From NCBI GenBank assembly GCA_965228735.1, contig OZ245838.1:5760001-5824000 (forward strand): 64,000 nt of DNA, read 5' to 3'. Each line of letters begins with the position of its first letter. Positions within the stretch are counted from its first letter, which is position 1. Of this stretch, positions 1 through 13,694 are shown in pieces. Both the position numbers and the translations under genes were made by a program. The stretch comes from Planctomycetota bacterium (lineage in GTDB: Bacteria > Planctomycetota > UBA1135 > UBA2386). Under the pieces are notes generated by a model that did not search any database, was not told the DNA's origin, and saw only the letters and a program-made list of their open reading frames with translations.

Positions 1-94
1 CCGGCTGCCACTTCTCCAGCGCGCGCATCAGGCGCTTGTTGTCGCGCAGTCCGACGTTGTTGGGGATCTTCGCTTCGAGGTCGACGGTGCTCAT
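1..94 (-). CDS. boxB: benzoyl-CoA 2,3-epoxidase subunit B, N-terminal part (runs off window start)
   Basis: Manual translation from ATG at 94: MSTVDLEAKIPNNVGLRDNKRLMRALEKWQP, matching the BoxB N-terminus (KIPNNV..L.RALE.WQP). GGAGA RBS upstream; lies directly downstream of boxC. Not in the ORF track. Confidence 0.9.
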   Translation of the reverse strand, partial: MSTVDLEAKIPNNVGLRDNKRLMRALEKWQP

Positions 95-131
95 GGTTGT
101 CTCCGGTCTCGTATTCGTCGGTCGGTGGTCC

Positions 132-1754
<1,623 letters not shown>

Positions 1755-1890
1755 GGCCAGGGGCTCGGGGCCGATGCGGTCGCGCGGACCCGATCGCTCG
1801 GGGTCGGCGCGTCGCGATGGAGGCGGATGGCGGGCGCCGGAACGGCGCCGCGGCGGGCCGACCGTTGTACCGGCACCGGCTTCGAGCGCA

Positions 1891-1937
1891 AGCATGATGG
1901 TGCATCGGGCCGGCTTAGGAAGATGCAACATAATGCA
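1891..1937. promoter_or_regulatory. putative BoxR/BzdR-type operator (TGCA-N6-TGCA boxes)
   Basis: TGCA-ACATAA-TGCA at 1924-1937 and a degenerate AGCA-TGATGG-TGCA at 1891-1904, in an AT-rich patch upstream of boxC. Confidence 0.7.
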
Positions 1938-1984
1938 TTTACGGTGAACCGGAGTCCGCGGTTCGTCCCGGCTCCCGAGCGCGT

Positions 1985-3742
1985 TCAGGGGCCGGCGTAC
2001 CAGGTGTCGTAGCCGCCGGCGGTCCAATAGTGGTGGACGTCGCCGAACAGGGACGAATAGGCGCCGAGGAGCTGGGAGTCGGTCCACCACGTCGGATTGC
2101 CATCCGCGATGGTCTCGATGATCTCGGCGCGCTTCGTCATGCTCGCGAGCATCGCGTAGGGGTCTTGCGGCGCGCCGGCCGGGCTGGTCGCGAGCAGATG
2201 GTCGGAGGCCGAGAGCCGGTACGACAGATCGGCGAAGAACGACCACACGGCCATCTGTTTCGCGACTCGCAGCTCGTGTGACAGCAGCAGGCGGTTCTGC
2301 TCGGACACGCTGCAGCCCGGCGCGACGGCGGCCGCTTGCGCGATCATCTCGGTGCACACGGCGCGATTCGTGCCATCGGGCAGGTAGACCGGTTCCTCGT
2401 AGCCCGGAAACAGCGGGGAGTGGATCGGCATCGACGCGTACGAGTGGATCGGGGTCCAGGTCGCGCCGGTCTGCGACGAGGCCAGCGCGGCGATCGCGGC
2501 GAGCGTCGGCTGGCTGGTCGTCGATCCGCGTGGGCCGTAGTCACGGAGGTAGATCGTCCGCGCGCCCGTGACGGGATCCGCCGTGTCGAACCGGGGCCCG
2601 TAGAACAGGCCGTCCCCGAGCTCCGAGACCACGAAGTTGATGTTCTGCACCTCGCCCGTCCTCGGGTTCCTGATCGGGTGGGCTTGCTGACCGACGTTCG
2701 CGGAGAAGAGGCAGAAGCCGACTCCGGGGCCGTTCGGGTTGCCGGTCGCCGAGGACGGCACTCGGGAGAGCAGGTCGATCGCTTCGGGGTAGTGCTGCCC
2801 GCTGCCGAGCAGTCCGGCCTCCATGACGAGGATGGGTTTGAACGGCTCGGAGTCCTCGAGCAGGGACGACGCGTTGTCGCACTTGCCTTCGATGTCGCGG
2901 GGGCCGAAGCCGTAGAAGTTGAACCCGAGCACGTCGAGGTTGTCGTCGGCGGCGAGCGCGGAGTGCAGCGGATTGTCGTGGGCCCAGACCGGCGGCGTGA
3001 CGGCCGTGACCGCGTCGATGGCCGTGTCCTTGATCAACGTCAGGGTCTCGGCGATCCAGGTGTGCTGATCCGGCTGCGACGGGTCGAAGACCGGTTCGTT
3101 CATCACGTCCCAGATCAGCAGCGTCCGGGTCGCGAACCGGGGGGAGGCCTTCGGGGGCATGAACGGCGCCGCGGCCGTGAGCATGTCGGTCACGAACCGC
3201 TCGTGGATCGCTCCGAGGTGGCCGTTGCGCCGGGCGATCTCCGTGTTGCCGGGCGACATGATCCACTTCTGGTAGTTCTCGTAGCCCGGACCCGGCAGGC
3301 TCGAAGCGTCCGGCTCGTGAAAGTCGGCGTCCCAGACGACCGGAATGACGTGCAGGCCTCGCGTCTGGCAGAGTCGCAGGAAGTCCTGGAACTTCGCGAC
3401 CATCTTCTCGGGGGCGAACGAGTAGTAGTGGAACGAGAGCCACACGCGCACCGTGTTGAAGCCGACGTCGTGGATCCGCGCCAGCTGCGCATCGATGTCG
3501 AGGCGTTCGCGGGACCGGGGTGCCGTGTCGTAGCCAGCCCATCCGGCCGCGCCGGAAGCGACGTCGTGGAATGCGGGGTGAGACGTGGAGATGGCCAGCA
3601 GCGAGGTCACGTCGCGATACGAGGGGATGAAATCCACGCCTCGCACGTTGCGGTAGTCAGGAGCGATCGGCTCCATCGTCGGGGCCGAAGCGGTCGCGGT
3701 CTCGGTGGTCGCGGCGGCTCGGCGGCTCGGTGTGGGCGTCAT
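1985..3742 (-). CDS. clan GH-A glycoside hydrolase (GH5/cellulase-like TIM barrel) with an unknown C-terminal region
   Basis: [16 protein letters not shown] (acid/base) and KPILVMEAG (nucleophile) motifs; start taken at MTPTPSRR (3742). Confidence 0.7.
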   Translation of the reverse strand: MTPTPSRRAAATTETATASAPTMEPIAPDYRNVRGVDFIPSYRDVTSLLAISTSHPAFHDVASGAAGWAGYDTAPRSRERLDIDAQLARIHDVGFNTVRVWLSFHYYSFAPEKMVAKFQDFLRLCQTRGLHVIPVVWDADFHEPDASSLPGPGYENYQKWIMSPGNTEIARRNGHLGAIHERFVTDMLTAAAPFMPPKASPRFATRTLLIWDVMNEPVFDPSQPDQHTWIAETLTLIKDTAIDAVTAVTPPVWAHDNPLHSALAADDNLDVLGFNFYGFGPRDIEGKCDNASSLLEDSEPFKPILVMEAGLLGSGQHYPEAIDLLSRVPSSATGNPNGPGVGFCLFSANVGQQAHPIRNPRTGEVQNINFVVSELGDGLFYGPRFDTADPVTGARTIYLRDYGPRGSTTSQPTLAAIAALASSQTGATWTPIHSYASMPIHSPLFPGYEEPVYLPDGTNRAVCTEMIAQAAAVAPGCSVSEQNRLLLSHELRVAKQMAVWSFFADLSYRLSASDHLLATSPAGAPQDPYAMLASMTKRAEIIETIADGNPTWWTDSQLLGAYSSLFGDVHHYWTAGGYDTWYAGP

Positions 3743-3915
3743 CTCGCGTTTCCCCTGGATTGCGCAAGGCGTATGGTCAGCCCGTCGGGAGAGTGCGTCA
3801 ACCAAAGGTGCGCCTACTGGCGGACCGGATCGTGAACTCGGCCTCGGACAGGCGGAGCTCTCGGCGCAGTCTCCCCGTACCACCCATGTTGGGACCTGGC
3901 CGAGGATCTCGATCG

Positions 3916-6243
3916 ATGCGCGCGTTCGTTCTTGTGCTGCTGGTGCTCGCCCCGGCGGTCGTGGCCCAGCCGCCTCGCTGGCTCTGGTACAAGCAGCCGG
4001 CGGCGACCTGGAACGAAGCGCTGCCGGTCGGCAACGGGCGGCTCGGTGCGATGGTGTTCGGGGGCGCCGCGAGCGAGCGGATCCAGCTCAACGAGGACTC
4101 GCTCTGGGCCGGGAGTCCGGTCGGGCGGGATCGGGCCGGTGCGAGCCAGCACCTCGCCGAGGCCCGCCGCCTGCTGTTCGCCGGCGACTACGCTGCCGCC
4201 GAGAAGCTCGTGCAGAACGAGTTCATGTCGGAGCGCTGGGTCCGCAGTCACCAGACGCTCGGCGAACTGCGGATCGACATGGTCGGCGGCGGTCACGACG
4301 AGCCCGCGGACTACGTGCGCGAGCTCGACCTGCGCGACGGCATCGCCCGCTCGACGTATCGCGCCGGCGACACGATGTTCCGGCGCGAGGTGTTCTGCAG
4401 CGCGGCCGAGCAGGCGCTGATCGTCGACCTCAAGGCCGACCGCGAAACGGAGTTCACGTTCGAGGTGCGGCTCGAGCGCGCCGAGAACGCGCGGCTGCGG
4501 CTCGCCGATGACCGCACGCTCACGTTGACGGGGCAGGCCGATCGCGGCGAGCGGCACGAGGGCACGAAGTTCATCGCGTGGTTGCACGTGCTCCACGGTG
4601 ACGTGCTGCGCGCCGGCGAGGACGGCGGTTCGATGCGGCTCGTCGTGCGCGGCACGGGGCGCGCGACGCTCGCGCTCACGGCCGCGACGAGCTTCGGCAG
4701 CGGCATCGGTCTCGTCGAGGATCTCGAACCCGAGGAGGCGTTGGGCAACGCCAGGCTCGAGCTCGACGCGCTTGCCGGCCGCGAGGTCGAGGCGATGCGG
4801 CAGCTGCACGTGATCGAGCACCGCGAGCTGTTCGATCGGGTCGACGTCGAGCTCGGCACGCCCGCGTACCGTGGTCTGCCGACCGACGTCCGGCTCGAAC
4901 GCGTGCAGAACGGTTCGACCGATCCCGACCTCAACGCGACCTACCTGCAGTTCGGCCGCTACCTGCTGATGGCGAGCTCGCGGCCGCTGTCGATGCCCGC
5001 CAACCTGCAAGGGCTGTGGAACGAGCACATCGACGCGCCGTGGAACGCGGACTACCACATCAACATCAACCTGCAGATGAACTACTGGCTCGCCGAGGTG
5101 GGCAACCTCTCGGAGTGTCACCTGCCGTTCTTCGCGTTCGTCGAGGCCCTCGTGCCGAACGGCCGACGCACGGCGAAGGAGCTCTACGGCTGCGACGGCT
5201 GGGTGGCGCATCACACGAGCGATGCGTGGGCGTTCACGTCGCCGATCGGCAGCACGCGGTGGGGGATGTGGCCGGTGGGCGGCGCGTGGTGCACCGCGCA
5301 TTTCGTCGAGCACTGGCGCTTCACGGGTGATCGCGAGTTCTTGCGTGGACGCGCGTGGCCGGTGCTGCGCGGCGCGGCCGAGTTCTTCCTCGACTATCTC
5401 GTCGAGCATCCGAAGACCGGCAAGCTCGTCAGCGGGCCGTCGATGTCGCCGGAGAACTCGTTCGAGACCGCGGCCGGCACGGTCGCGCATGTGACGATGG
5501 GGCCGGCGATGGACCAGCAGATCATCGCGGAGCTGTTCGACAACGTCGCCGAGGTCGCGCAGGAACTCGCGATCGACGACGAGTTCACGCAGGCCGTGGC
5601 CGCAGCGCGGGCGCGACTGCAGGGACCACAGATCGGCAGCGACGGGCGGCTGCTCGAGTGGAACGAGGAGTTCGGCGAGCCCGAGCCCGGGCATCGTCAC
5701 ATGAGCCACCTGTATCTGCTGCACCCGGGCACGACCATCGGGCCGAACCGCACGCCCGACCTGGCAGCGGCGGCGAAGAAGAGTCTGGAGCATCGACTCA
5801 GAAACGGCGGTGGCCACACCGGCTGGAGTCGCGCGTGGATCGTCAACTTCTTCGCGCGCCTGTGGGACGGCCAGACGGCCTGGCAGCACCATCAGCAGCT
5901 GCTGGGCAAGTCGACGCTGCCGAACCTGTTCGACAACCACCCGCCGTTCCAGATCGACGGCAACTTCGGCGGTGCTGCGGCCGTCGTCGAGATGCTGCTG
6001 CAGAGCCACGGCAGTGAACTCGTGCTGCTGCCGGCGCTGCCGCTGTCGTGGGGGACGGGCAAGGCGCGCGGGTTGCGCGCGCGCGGCGGCTTCGAGGTCG
6101 CGATGGAGTGGGACCGGATGGCGCTCAAAGAGGTCCGCATCAAGAGTCTGCTCGGGCGTCCGCTCACGGCGATCGTCGGCGCGCGCGAGCTGTGCCGCGA
6201 CCGCGCGACCGAGGTCGGCGAGGTCATCACGTTCAACCCGTGA
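3916..6243 (+). CDS. GH95 alpha-1,2-L-fucosidase, secreted
   Basis: Signal peptide [93 protein letters not shown]. Confidence 0.95.
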   Translation: MRAFVLVLLVLAPAVVAQPPRWLWYKQPAATWNEALPVGNGRLGAMVFGGAASERIQLNEDSLWAGSPVGRDRAGASQHLAEARRLLFAGDYAAAEKLVQNEFMSERWVRSHQTLGELRIDMVGGGHDEPADYVRELDLRDGIARSTYRAGDTMFRREVFCSAAEQALIVDLKADRETEFTFEVRLERAENARLRLADDRTLTLTGQADRGERHEGTKFIAWLHVLHGDVLRAGEDGGSMRLVVRGTGRATLALTAATSFGSGIGLVEDLEPEEALGNARLELDALAGREVEAMRQLHVIEHRELFDRVDVELGTPAYRGLPTDVRLERVQNGSTDPDLNATYLQFGRYLLMASSRPLSMPANLQGLWNEHIDAPWNADYHININLQMNYWLAEVGNLSECHLPFFAFVEALVPNGRRTAKELYGCDGWVAHHTSDAWAFTSPIGSTRWGMWPVGGAWCTAHFVEHWRFTGDREFLRGRAWPVLRGAAEFFLDYLVEHPKTGKLVSGPSMSPENSFETAAGTVAHVTMGPAMDQQIIAELFDNVAEVAQELAIDDEFTQAVAAARARLQGPQIGSDGRLLEWNEEFGEPEPGHRHMSHLYLLHPGTTIGPNRTPDLAAAAKKSLEHRLRNGGGHTGWSRAWIVNFFARLWDGQTAWQHHQQLLGKSTLPNLFDNHPPFQIDGNFGGAAAVVEMLLQSHGSELVLLPALPLSWGTGKARGLRARGGFEVAMEWDRMALKEVRIKSLLGRPLTAIVGARELCRDRATEVGEVITFNP

Positions 6244-9200
6244 CACAGCCTGTGATCCCATCCGACGAGCGCCCAGCCGGGCTGGCCATCGAACTCGTCA
6301 GCGAACCGCGGCTCTGCTACGCGATGCAGCAGAGCGCGGTGCCGTGGCTGCGGGCGGTGCGCCTGCGGAACGGCGGCGACGAAGCGGTCACGGATCTCGT
6401 CGTGACGGTAGACCTCGTGCCGGCGTTCGCGCGCCCGCTCGAGTGGCGCGTCGCGGAGGTGCCGCCTGGCGAGGCGGTGGAGCTCGAGCGGCCCGACCCG
6501 GTGCTCGAGCTCGACCAGCTCGCGAACCTGCTCGAACGCGTGCGCGGCGAGTTGCGCGCGACGGTGCGCTCGGCCGAGGATTCGACCGCGACGCAACCGG
6601 AGCTGGCGGCCGCGACGGCGCCGATCGAGGTCCTCGCCTACAACGAATGGCCCGGGCTCACGGTGCTGCCCGCGCTCCTCGCGGCGTTCGCACAACCCAA
6701 TCACCCGAGCCTCGCGCCGCTGCTGCAGCTCGTCGCGCACGAGCTCGAGAAGCGCACCGGGCGATCGGCCCTCGACGGCTACCAGAGCGGCGACCCTGAG
6801 CGGGTGCGGCACGTGCTGGCCGCGGTGCACGCGGCCCTCGTCGAGCAGCAGATTCAATACGTGAGCGCGCCGCCGAGCTTCGAACGCATCGGTCAGAAGG
6901 TGCGGCCGCCGGAGCAGGTCCTCGGCGACCGGCTCGGGACGTGCCTCGATCTCGCGTTGCTCTTCGCGGGTCTGCTGGAGCACGTCGGGCTGCATCCCGT
7001 GCTCGTCCTGCAGAAGGCGCACGCGTTCGTCGGCGTGTTCTCGCACGCGGACACGACGTCGGACATCACGTTCGGTCCAGCGGTCGAGCTGCGCAAGTTC
7101 ACGGACGCGCGCGGGCTGTTCGTCAGCGAAGCCACGCTGGTCTGTGCGTCGGGGCCCGCGACGTTCGAGAACGCGGAACGCGCGGCGCGCGCGCACCTCG
7201 ACGACGACGAAGCGTTCGTCGTGGCGATCGACGTCGCGGCCGCGCGGCGCCACGGGATCGCGCCGCTGCCGCCGCGGGTGAGTGCGTACCGCGCCGGGGA
7301 ACCGTTCGTCGCGCCGACCCTCGAACGTGGGGTCGGCGAGGCGGGTGCGGCACGGCGCGCCGCGGTGCCGGCGCGTGACCCGGAACCCGAGTCCGCGCCG
7401 GCCGTCGACCGCGGGCCGAAGGACCGGCTCGAGCATTGGAAGAGCCGGCTGCTCGATCTGACGATGTTCAACCGGCTGCTCAACTTCCGCGAGACGCGGA
7501 AGACGATCCGGCTGTGCGATCACGACCTGCAGGCGCTCGATCACCGCATGCACACGCGCGGGCGACTGCGGATCCACCCCCGTCCCGACCTCGGGCAGGA
7601 CGACGATCCGCGCGATCTGCAGCTCAGCGAGCAGCGCACGGGCGTCGACGTGCGCGCCGAGTTCCTCGCGGGCGAGCTCGCCGGCGGTCGGCTGCGCGCC
7701 GAGCACGAGCCCGATGATCTCGACGCGCGGCTCGTCGAGATCTTCCGCCACGCGCGCACGACGCTCGAGGAGAGCGGCGCCAACACGCTGTATCTCGCGG
7801 TCGGGTTCCTGCGCTGGTTCGAGACGCCGGAGTCGACGAAAGAACGACGCGCGCCGCTGCTCCTGCTGCCGCTCCTCATCGAACGGACGTCGGTGCAGGA
7901 GGGCTTCCGGCTGACGCTCGATGACGCCGAACCGCGCATCAATCGCACGCTGCTGCAGCTGCTCGAACGCGACTTCCAGCTCGAGGTCCGACTCGACGAC
8001 GTGCCGGAGACCGACGACGGTGTCGATGTCGAAGCCGTGCTGGACGCGTTCCGCGGCGTCGCGCTCGGCATGCCGCGGTGGGAGGTCGAGCTCACGGCCC
8101 AGATCGGGTTCTTCTCGTTCACGAAGTACCTGATGTGGCTCGACCTGTCGGACCGCGACGGCCTGCTCAGAAGCCCCGTTCTGCAGCACCTCGTCGAGAA
8201 TCCGGGCGGCGCGCTCGCGCAGGAGGTGCCGGAGACGCCGCGCGACGAGCTCGACGACCTCGATCCGGCGACGGTCTATTGCCCCAAGGACGCGGACAGC
8301 TCGCAGCTCGCCGCGGTCGTCGCGGGCGCGGCCGGGCGCACGTTCGTGCTCGAGGGGCCGCCCGGCACGGGCAAGTCGCAGACGATCACCAACCTGATCA
8401 GTCAGGCGCTCGCCAATGAGAAGCGCGTGCTGTTCGTCGCCGAGAAGCGGGCCGCGCTCGAGGTCGTGCAGCGCCGCCTCGACAGCGTCGGGCTCGGCGC
8501 GTTCTGCCTCGAACTGCACTCGAGCAAGAGCGGCAGCAAGGCGGTGCTCGAGCAGCTGCGGCGTCCGCTCGATCTCGCGGTGCGGCGGGAGCCGCGCGGG
8601 TGGGCGGCGCTCGTCGAAGAACTCGGCCGCGAGCGCGACCGCCTCAACGGCTACGTGCGCGCGATCCACCTGCGGCGTGAGCACGGGTTCTCGCTCTACT
8701 GGGCCATCGGTCAGCTCGTCGGTCTGCGCGATGCGCCCCGCATCGCGATGCCGGAGCTGCTCGACGGCGCGCCCGCCGACATCGTGTCCGCCCGCCGCGC
8801 GGTCTCCGAGCTCGTGTCCGCGGCGAGCCGGCTCGGCGTGCCGATCGAGGAGCCGTGGTGGGGCGTGCGGCGAACGGACTGGTCGCACGCGCTCCTGCGT
8901 GACGTCGTGCCCGTCGCCGAGCGGCTGCAGCGCGCGGCCCTCGCGTACGAGACCGCCGTCGCCGACGTCGTCGACATGTTCGCGCTCGACCGCGTGGTCG
9001 GCGGCGGGCCGGACGGGGCAGGGCCGAGTCGGGATCAGCTCGAGCTGTTGCGCGAGCTCGCCGAACGCTTCACGGCGGCGCTGCTGCCGACGGCCGCGAT
9101 GCTGCGCGCGCCCGACTGGCCGCGCCTCGCGGCCGAACTGCGCGAGGTCTGCGCGATCGCCACGCGCCGCCAGAAGCTCTGGGCGCCGCTCGCCGAGCGC

Positions 9201-12200
9201 TGGAGCCTCGATCTCGTGCGGCGGCCGGACCTCGACCTGCCGGCATTGGCGGTGCGTTATCGGCGGTGGGCGGACACGATGTTCCTGCTGCGTTGGTGGC
9301 ACCTGCGCGCGGCGAAACGGCAGCTGCTGCCGCTCGCCACGGCCGGGTTCGGGCGCCCGCTCGAAGTCCGTGCGGATCTCGAACGCGCGGTCTCGGTGCA
9401 GCAGGAGCACGCGCGCCTCGTCGAACGTTGGGATGTGACCGACGTGCTCGAGCCCCGTTTCCGTTCGCGCGCGGAAGCGGACTGGGAGTCGCTCGAGCCC
9501 GTTGCCGCGCAGGTCGACTGGGTCGACGACGTGCGGCGGCTCGTGCTGAAGCTCGAGACTGATGCGCTCCAGCCGGATGCCGCGGTGCTCGCAGCGCTCG
9601 CCGATCAGCTCGACGCCCTGCGCGGCGGTGCGGAGGTGCTGACGCGTCGACTCGGCGCGCTGCGCACGACGCGTGACGAGTTCGAGGCCGCGCTCGGTGC
9701 AGCGCAGTCGATGCTCGCGCTCGATCATGACGAGGCGTTCGGGCCGAGTGACGCCCCGGGCCACGTCGGCAACGTCGTCGCCCGCACGCGGCGCTGGCTC
9801 GCGGACGTGCCGCAGCTGCGCGAGCAGTGCGCCTATGCGCGGGCCGTCGCTGCCATGACCGAGTTCGGTGCCGCGCCGCTCGCGGCCGCACACAGCGTCG
9901 GCGAGTTGCCGGCCGAGGACCTCGAGCCCGCGTTCGAGCGCACGTTCCTCGAGGCGTGGCTGGATCGCATCCACGCGCAGCACCCCGACCTCGCGATGTT
10001 CCGCGGCAGCGACCACGAACGCACCGTTCGGGAGTTCCGCGAGCTCGACCGGCGGGCGATCGAGATGGCGGCCGAGGTCGTCGTGGCGCGACTGGCCTCG
10101 CGCCTGCCGCGGCTGCGCGACACCACGGTCAGCAGCAGCGAGCTCGGCATCCTCGAACGCGAGATCAAGAAGCAGCGCCGGCACAAACCGGTGCGGCGAC
10201 TGCTCGCCGAGATCCCGGGGCTGCTCGCGCGCGTCGCGCCGTGCGTGCTCATGAGCCCGCTGTCCGTCGCGCAGTTCCTCGGGCGCTCCGACATGCGGTT
10301 CGACCTCGTCGTCTTCGACGAGGCGTCGCAGATCCCGATGTGGGACGCCGTCGGCGCGATCGGCCGGGGCGACTCGCTCGTCGTCGTCGGTGACAGCCGG
10401 CAGCTGCCGCCGACCTCGTTCTTCCAGCGGCTCGACCAGGGCGACGACCTCGAGGACGACGAGCTGCCCGACGATCTCGAGAGCGTGCTCGACGAGTGCG
10501 GCGCCGCAGGGCTGCCGCGCATGTTCCTCGACTGGCACTACCGCAGCCGGCACGAGTCGCTGATCGCGTTCAGCAACCACCACTACTACGGCAACCGATT
10601 GCTGACCTTCCCCGCGCCCGAACCCGCGACGGCCGGGCTCGGCGTGCGGTTCGTGAAGGTCGACGGCATCTACGACCGCGGCGGTTCGCAGACCAACCGC
10701 GTCGAGGCCGAGCGGCTCGTCGCCGAGGTCCTCGAACGGCTGCGCGATCCGGCGCGCGCGCAGCGCACGATCGGCATCGTCACGTTCAGCCGCGCGCAGC
10801 AGGTGCTCATCGAGGACCTGCTCGACAGGGCGCGCGCCGACCATCCCGAGATCGAGCCGTTCTTCAGCGCCGCCGAAGAACCGTTGTTCGTCAAGAACCT
10901 CGAGAACGTGCAGGGCGACGAGCGCGACACGATCCTGTTCTCGATCTGCTACGGGCCCGACGCGGCCGGCAAGATCTACGAGAACTACGGGCCGCTCAAC
11001 CAGCAGGGCGGCGAACGCCGGCTCAATGTCGCGGTGACGCGCGCGCGGCGCGAACTCGTCGTCTTCTCGTCGCTGCGCGCCGATCAGGTCGCGACGCGGA
11101 CCGCGGCGATCGGGGCGCGTCACCTGCGCGCGTTCCTCGACTACGCCGAGCGTGGCGAGCCCGCGCTGGCCGCCGCGATCGCCGCCGATCCGAGCGGCGA
11201 CGTCGAGTCGCCATTCGAGGCCGCGGTGCGCGATGCGCTGGTCGCGAAAGGCTACGAGGTGCACCCGCAGGTCGGTTGCTCGGGCTATCGCATCGATCTC
11301 TCGGTCGTCGATCCCGAGGCGCCCGGCAGCTACCTGCTCGGCATCGAGTGCGACGGCGCGACCTACCACTCGGCCGCGACGGCGCGCGACCGCGACCGGA
11401 TCCGCGCCGCGGTGCTGCGCGGGCTCGGCTGGCGCCTGCACCGCGTGTGGTCGACGGACTTCTGGCAGGATCCCGCCGGCGAGCTGGAGCGGCTCGAGGA
11501 GGCGATCGCGCGCGCGCAGCAGGATCGGCAGCTGCGGCGCGCGGCGGTGCCCGCGGCGGCCGAGGGAGGCGACGAGGCGGCTCGCGTCGAAGCGGACGGC
11601 GACGATGCCGCGGCCGTTGGCGACGAGGCCGTGCCGGAGCCCGAGGTCGACGCAAAGCCCTGGACCGACGTGGACCGCGAAGCCGACGCGGAGCCTGAAG
11701 CCGGTGAGGTGATCGGCACGACAGACGTGGCGCCCGCCGCGCCGCCGCCGGTGGATCCGGAGGGCCCGCGGCCCTACGTCGTGGCCCGGCTCGAGCCCGT
11801 CGGCGGCGATCCCGACCTCTACGCCGCGACGAGCACGGAACGGGTCCGCGAACACGTCCGCGACGTGCTCAGGGCGGAGGCGCCGATTGCGTTCGATCGC
11901 CTCGCGCGCGCGGTCGCGCACGCCTGGGGCGTCACGCGATTGACGGGGAAGGTGCGGCGGCGCGTGCGCGACGTGCTGCCCGAGGACGCGTTCGAACGTG
12001 ACGGCATCGTGCACGAGTCCGCGGCGCTCGCCGACGCGTTCGTCGGGTTCCGCGTGCCGGAGTCCGAGGCCGATGAACGGCCGGCGGACGAACTGCCGCT
12101 CGTCGAGGTGACCAACGCGATGCGGTGGCTGCTGCAGCAGCACCTCGCGCTCCTGGCCGAGGACCTGGCCCGCGAGGCGGCCAAGAGCTTCGGCATCACG

Positions 12201-12305
12201 CGCCTCGGTTCCGTCGTGCGGGGGGTGATGGAGGACGGTCTCGAAGCGCTGGTTGCGGCCGGCGACGCGGAGCGCGACGGCGAGATGGTGCGGCTGCCGG
12301 ACTGA
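6240..12305 (+). CDS. DUF4011 / SF1 (Upf1-DNA2-like) helicase / Vsr-like PD-(D/E)xK nuclease / DUF3320 protein (Hhe-like anti-phage protein) with N-terminal transglutaminase-like domain
   Basis: GTG start overlaps the GH95 stop (GTGA). [17 protein letters not shown] (DUF4011), [48 protein letters not shown], then [40 protein letters not shown]. Confidence 0.88.
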   Translation: MTQPVIPSDERPAGLAIELVSEPRLCYAMQQSAVPWLRAVRLRNGGDEAVTDLVVTVDLVPAFARPLEWRVAEVPPGEAVELERPDPVLELDQLANLLERVRGELRATVRSAEDSTATQPELAAATAPIEVLAYNEWPGLTVLPALLAAFAQPNHPSLAPLLQLVAHELEKRTGRSALDGYQSGDPERVRHVLAAVHAALVEQQIQYVSAPPSFERIGQKVRPPEQVLGDRLGTCLDLALLFAGLLEHVGLHPVLVLQKAHAFVGVFSHADTTSDITFGPAVELRKFTDARGLFVSEATLVCASGPATFENAERAARAHLDDDEAFVVAIDVAAARRHGIAPLPPRVSAYRAGEPFVAPTLERGVGEAGAARRAAVPARDPEPESAPAVDRGPKDRLEHWKSRLLDLTMFNRLLNFRETRKTIRLCDHDLQALDHRMHTRGRLRIHPRPDLGQDDDPRDLQLSEQRTGVDVRAEFLAGELAGGRLRAEHEPDDLDARLVEIFRHARTTLEESGANTLYLAVGFLRWFETPESTKERRAPLLLLPLLIERTSVQEGFRLTLDDAEPRINRTLLQLLERDFQLEVRLDDVPETDDGVDVEAVLDAFRGVALGMPRWEVELTAQIGFFSFTKYLMWLDLSDRDGLLRSPVLQHLVENPGGALAQEVPETPRDELDDLDPATVYCPKDADSSQLAAVVAGAAGRTFVLEGPPGTGKSQTITNLISQALANEKRVLFVAEKRAALEVVQRRLDSVGLGAFCLELHSSKSGSKAVLEQLRRPLDLAVRREPRGWAALVEELGRERDRLNGYVRAIHLRREHGFSLYWAIGQLVGLRDAPRIAMPELLDGAPADIVSARRAVSELVSAASRLGVPIEEPWWGVRRTDWSHALLRDVVPVAERLQRAALAYETAVADVVDMFALDRVVGGGPDGAGPSRDQLELLRELAERFTAALLPTAAMLRAPDWPRLAAELREVCAIATRRQKLWAPLAERWSLDLVRRPDLDLPALAVRYRRWADTMFLLRWWHLRAAKRQLLPLATAGFGRPLEVRADLERAVSVQQEHARLVERWDVTDVLEPRFRSRAEADWESLEPVAAQVDWVDDVRRLVLKLETDALQPDAAVLAALADQLDALRGGAEVLTRRLGALRTTRDEFEAALGAAQSMLALDHDEAFGPSDAPGHVGNVVARTRRWLADVPQLREQCAYARAVAAMTEFGAAPLAAAHSVGELPAEDLEPAFERTFLEAWLDRIHAQHPDLAMFRGSDHERTVREFRELDRRAIEMAAEVVVARLASRLPRLRDTTVSSSELGILEREIKKQRRHKPVRRLLAEIPGLLARVAPCVLMSPLSVAQFLGRSDMRFDLVVFDEASQIPMWDAVGAIGRGDSLVVVGDSRQLPPTSFFQRLDQGDDLEDDELPDDLESVLDECGAAGLPRMFLDWHYRSRHESLIAFSNHHYYGNRLLTFPAPEPATAGLGVRFVKVDGIYDRGGSQTNRVEAERLVAEVLERLRDPARAQRTIGIVTFSRAQQVLIEDLLDRARADHPEIEPFFSAAEEPLFVKNLENVQGDERDTILFSICYGPDAAGKIYENYGPLNQQGGERRLNVAVTRARRELVVFSSLRADQVATRTAAIGARHLRAFLDYAERGEPALAAAIAADPSGDVESPFEAAVRDALVAKGYEVHPQVGCSGYRIDLSVVDPEAPGSYLLGIECDGATYHSAATARDRDRIRAAVLRGLGWRLHRVWSTDFWQDPAGELERLEEAIARAQQDRQLRRAAVPAAAEGGDEAARVEADGDDAAAVGDEAVPEPEVDAKPWTDVDREADAEPEAGEVIGTTDVAPAAPPPVDPEGPRPYVVARLEPVGGDPDLYAATSTERVREHVRDVLRAEAPIAFDRLARAVAHAWGVTRLTGKVRRRVRDVLPEDAFERDGIVHESAALADAFVGFRVPESEADERPADELPLVEVTNAMRWLLQQHLALLAEDLAREAAKSFGITRLGSVVRGVMEDGLEALVAAGDAERDGEMVRLPD

Positions 12306-12308
12306 CCA

Positions 12309-13694
12309 CTACTCGATGCGAAGGCCGCGCTCGATCGGAGCGCCGTCGTCACCGACGACGAGCCGTTCGACGCGGATCTTGCCGTCACGTTCGACTCGGA
12401 CGGAGTAGGACCCGGGAGCGAGATACCCGCGATAGCCGGCCACACCCGTCGGATACGGGCTTACGTGGACCGCGCTGCCGCCGGCGTCGAGCCATTCGAG
12501 GAACAGCCGCGCCTCCGTGAGGTTGCCCCATTGATCGATCGGCTGCAACCGAACCGCGGAGCGGACGGTGACGGGGATCCGAGCTTCGGTGACCCGTCCA
12601 CGGGGGACCTCGATCATCGAGGTCCCGCTCTCCTCGCCACGGAAGACGCACGGTGCGAAGCGAACGCGTGAACGGTCCGAAGAGTACTCGTCGGCCTTGC
12701 CGGTGATTCGATACGGGCCGGGATCCAGGCCGTCGTACACGAAGCGGTCAATCTCGTGACGGCGACGACGATCCCGGATGGCATCGCGATTGCGAGGTTC
12801 GGCATGTCGACCGGTGGCCGTATTGCGGATCAGGATCTCGTGCTCCGGGGTGATCGGGACGGCCCGCCCCGATGCGTCTAACAGCACGACGTCGAGCGCG
12901 CCGACGGGTCGCATCCGGAGCTCGATGGTGTGCGTGTCACCCCGCACCTCGAACTTGTCCGAGACTCTTGCCGAGTACCCGCGTCGGCTCGCCGAGACGT
13001 AGTGCAGGCCGTCCGCGACATCGTCGATCCGCACGTCGCCGCTGCGGCTGTCGAACTCGAGGAGCTGCTGCGCGGGCGGCGGTGGGCGCCACGAGACGAC
13101 GACACCCCGCACGGGCTGGAACGTCACCTCGTCGATCACCCGAACCACGATCGATCCGGTCGGCAGGTCGATGTCCAGGCGTTGGTCCTCGTCGCCGAGC
13201 TCGACTCCGCGCCGGGCGGCGTGCAGCAGGCCGCCGCTCGGCGGCCGGCGCCGGCGTGGACCGGAGCGCGTGAGCGCGACCGGCCGCCCCGCGCTCGGCG
13301 GCACGGTGACCGCGTAGCGACCCCGCCGTAGGCGGAACGAGAACGTGCCGTCGGCTGCGGTGACGGCGTCCCAAGACGATGGGCGTTCGCGATCCGCACA
13401 TTTGATCGGACGCCCAGGCACCGGGTGACCGTTGCGCGTCAGCCGGCCGTGGAGCAGCCGCATGGACGTGCCGGTCGACACGCTGTCGCGCACCGGTAGG
13501 TCGTCCGTCCCGTCTGCTGCGGTCGTGCCGGCGGCGGCGGTCGGTGTCGGGGGCGCCTCGGTCGACGGTGACGACGGGGTGGTGTCCCCCGCCACGCGAG
13601 CCGGTGTCGGAGGTTCCCCCAGCGCGGTGCTCAGCGACAGCGCCGCGACGGCGCCAATGGTCAAGAGCACGAACAGGAACCACGACCGCTGCAT
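12309..13694 (-). CDS. membrane-anchored protein with carboxypeptidase-regulatory-like (beta-sandwich) repeats
   Basis: N-terminal hydrophobic anchor MQRSWFLFVLLTIGAVAAL, Pro/Thr linker, repeats such as AVTAADGTFSF..G.Y.V and GLDPGPYRI; ATG overlaps the upstream stop. Confidence 0.6.
   Translation of the reverse strand: MQRSWFLFVLLTIGAVAALSLSTALGEPPTPARVAGDTTPSSPSTEAPPTPTAAAGTTAADGTDDLPVRDSVSTGTSMRLLHGRLTRNGHPVPGRPIKCADRERPSSWDAVTAADGTFSFRLRRGRYAVTVPPSAGRPVALTRSGPRRRRPPSGGLLHAARRGVELGDEDQRLDIDLPTGSIVVRVIDEVTFQPVRGVVVSWRPPPPAQQLLEFDSRSGDVRIDDVADGLHYVSASRRGYSARVSDKFEVRGDTHTIELRMRPVGALDVVLLDASGRAVPITPEHEILIRNTATGRHAEPRNRDAIRDRRRRHEIDRFVYDGLDPGPYRITGKADEYSSDRSRVRFAPCVFRGEESGTSMIEVPRGRVTEARIPVTVRSAVRLQPIDQWGNLTEARLFLEWLDAGGSAVHVSPYPTGVAGYRGYLAPGSYSVRVERDGKIRVERLVVGDDGAPIERGLRIE

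Noticed and set aside
5892..12143. 2083-aa antisense ORF and other long shadow ORFs (e.g. 36-2012, 16082-19207, most of 52615-55986)
   Set aside because: They mirror real genes, as expected in high-GC DNA, and carry no recognisable motifs.
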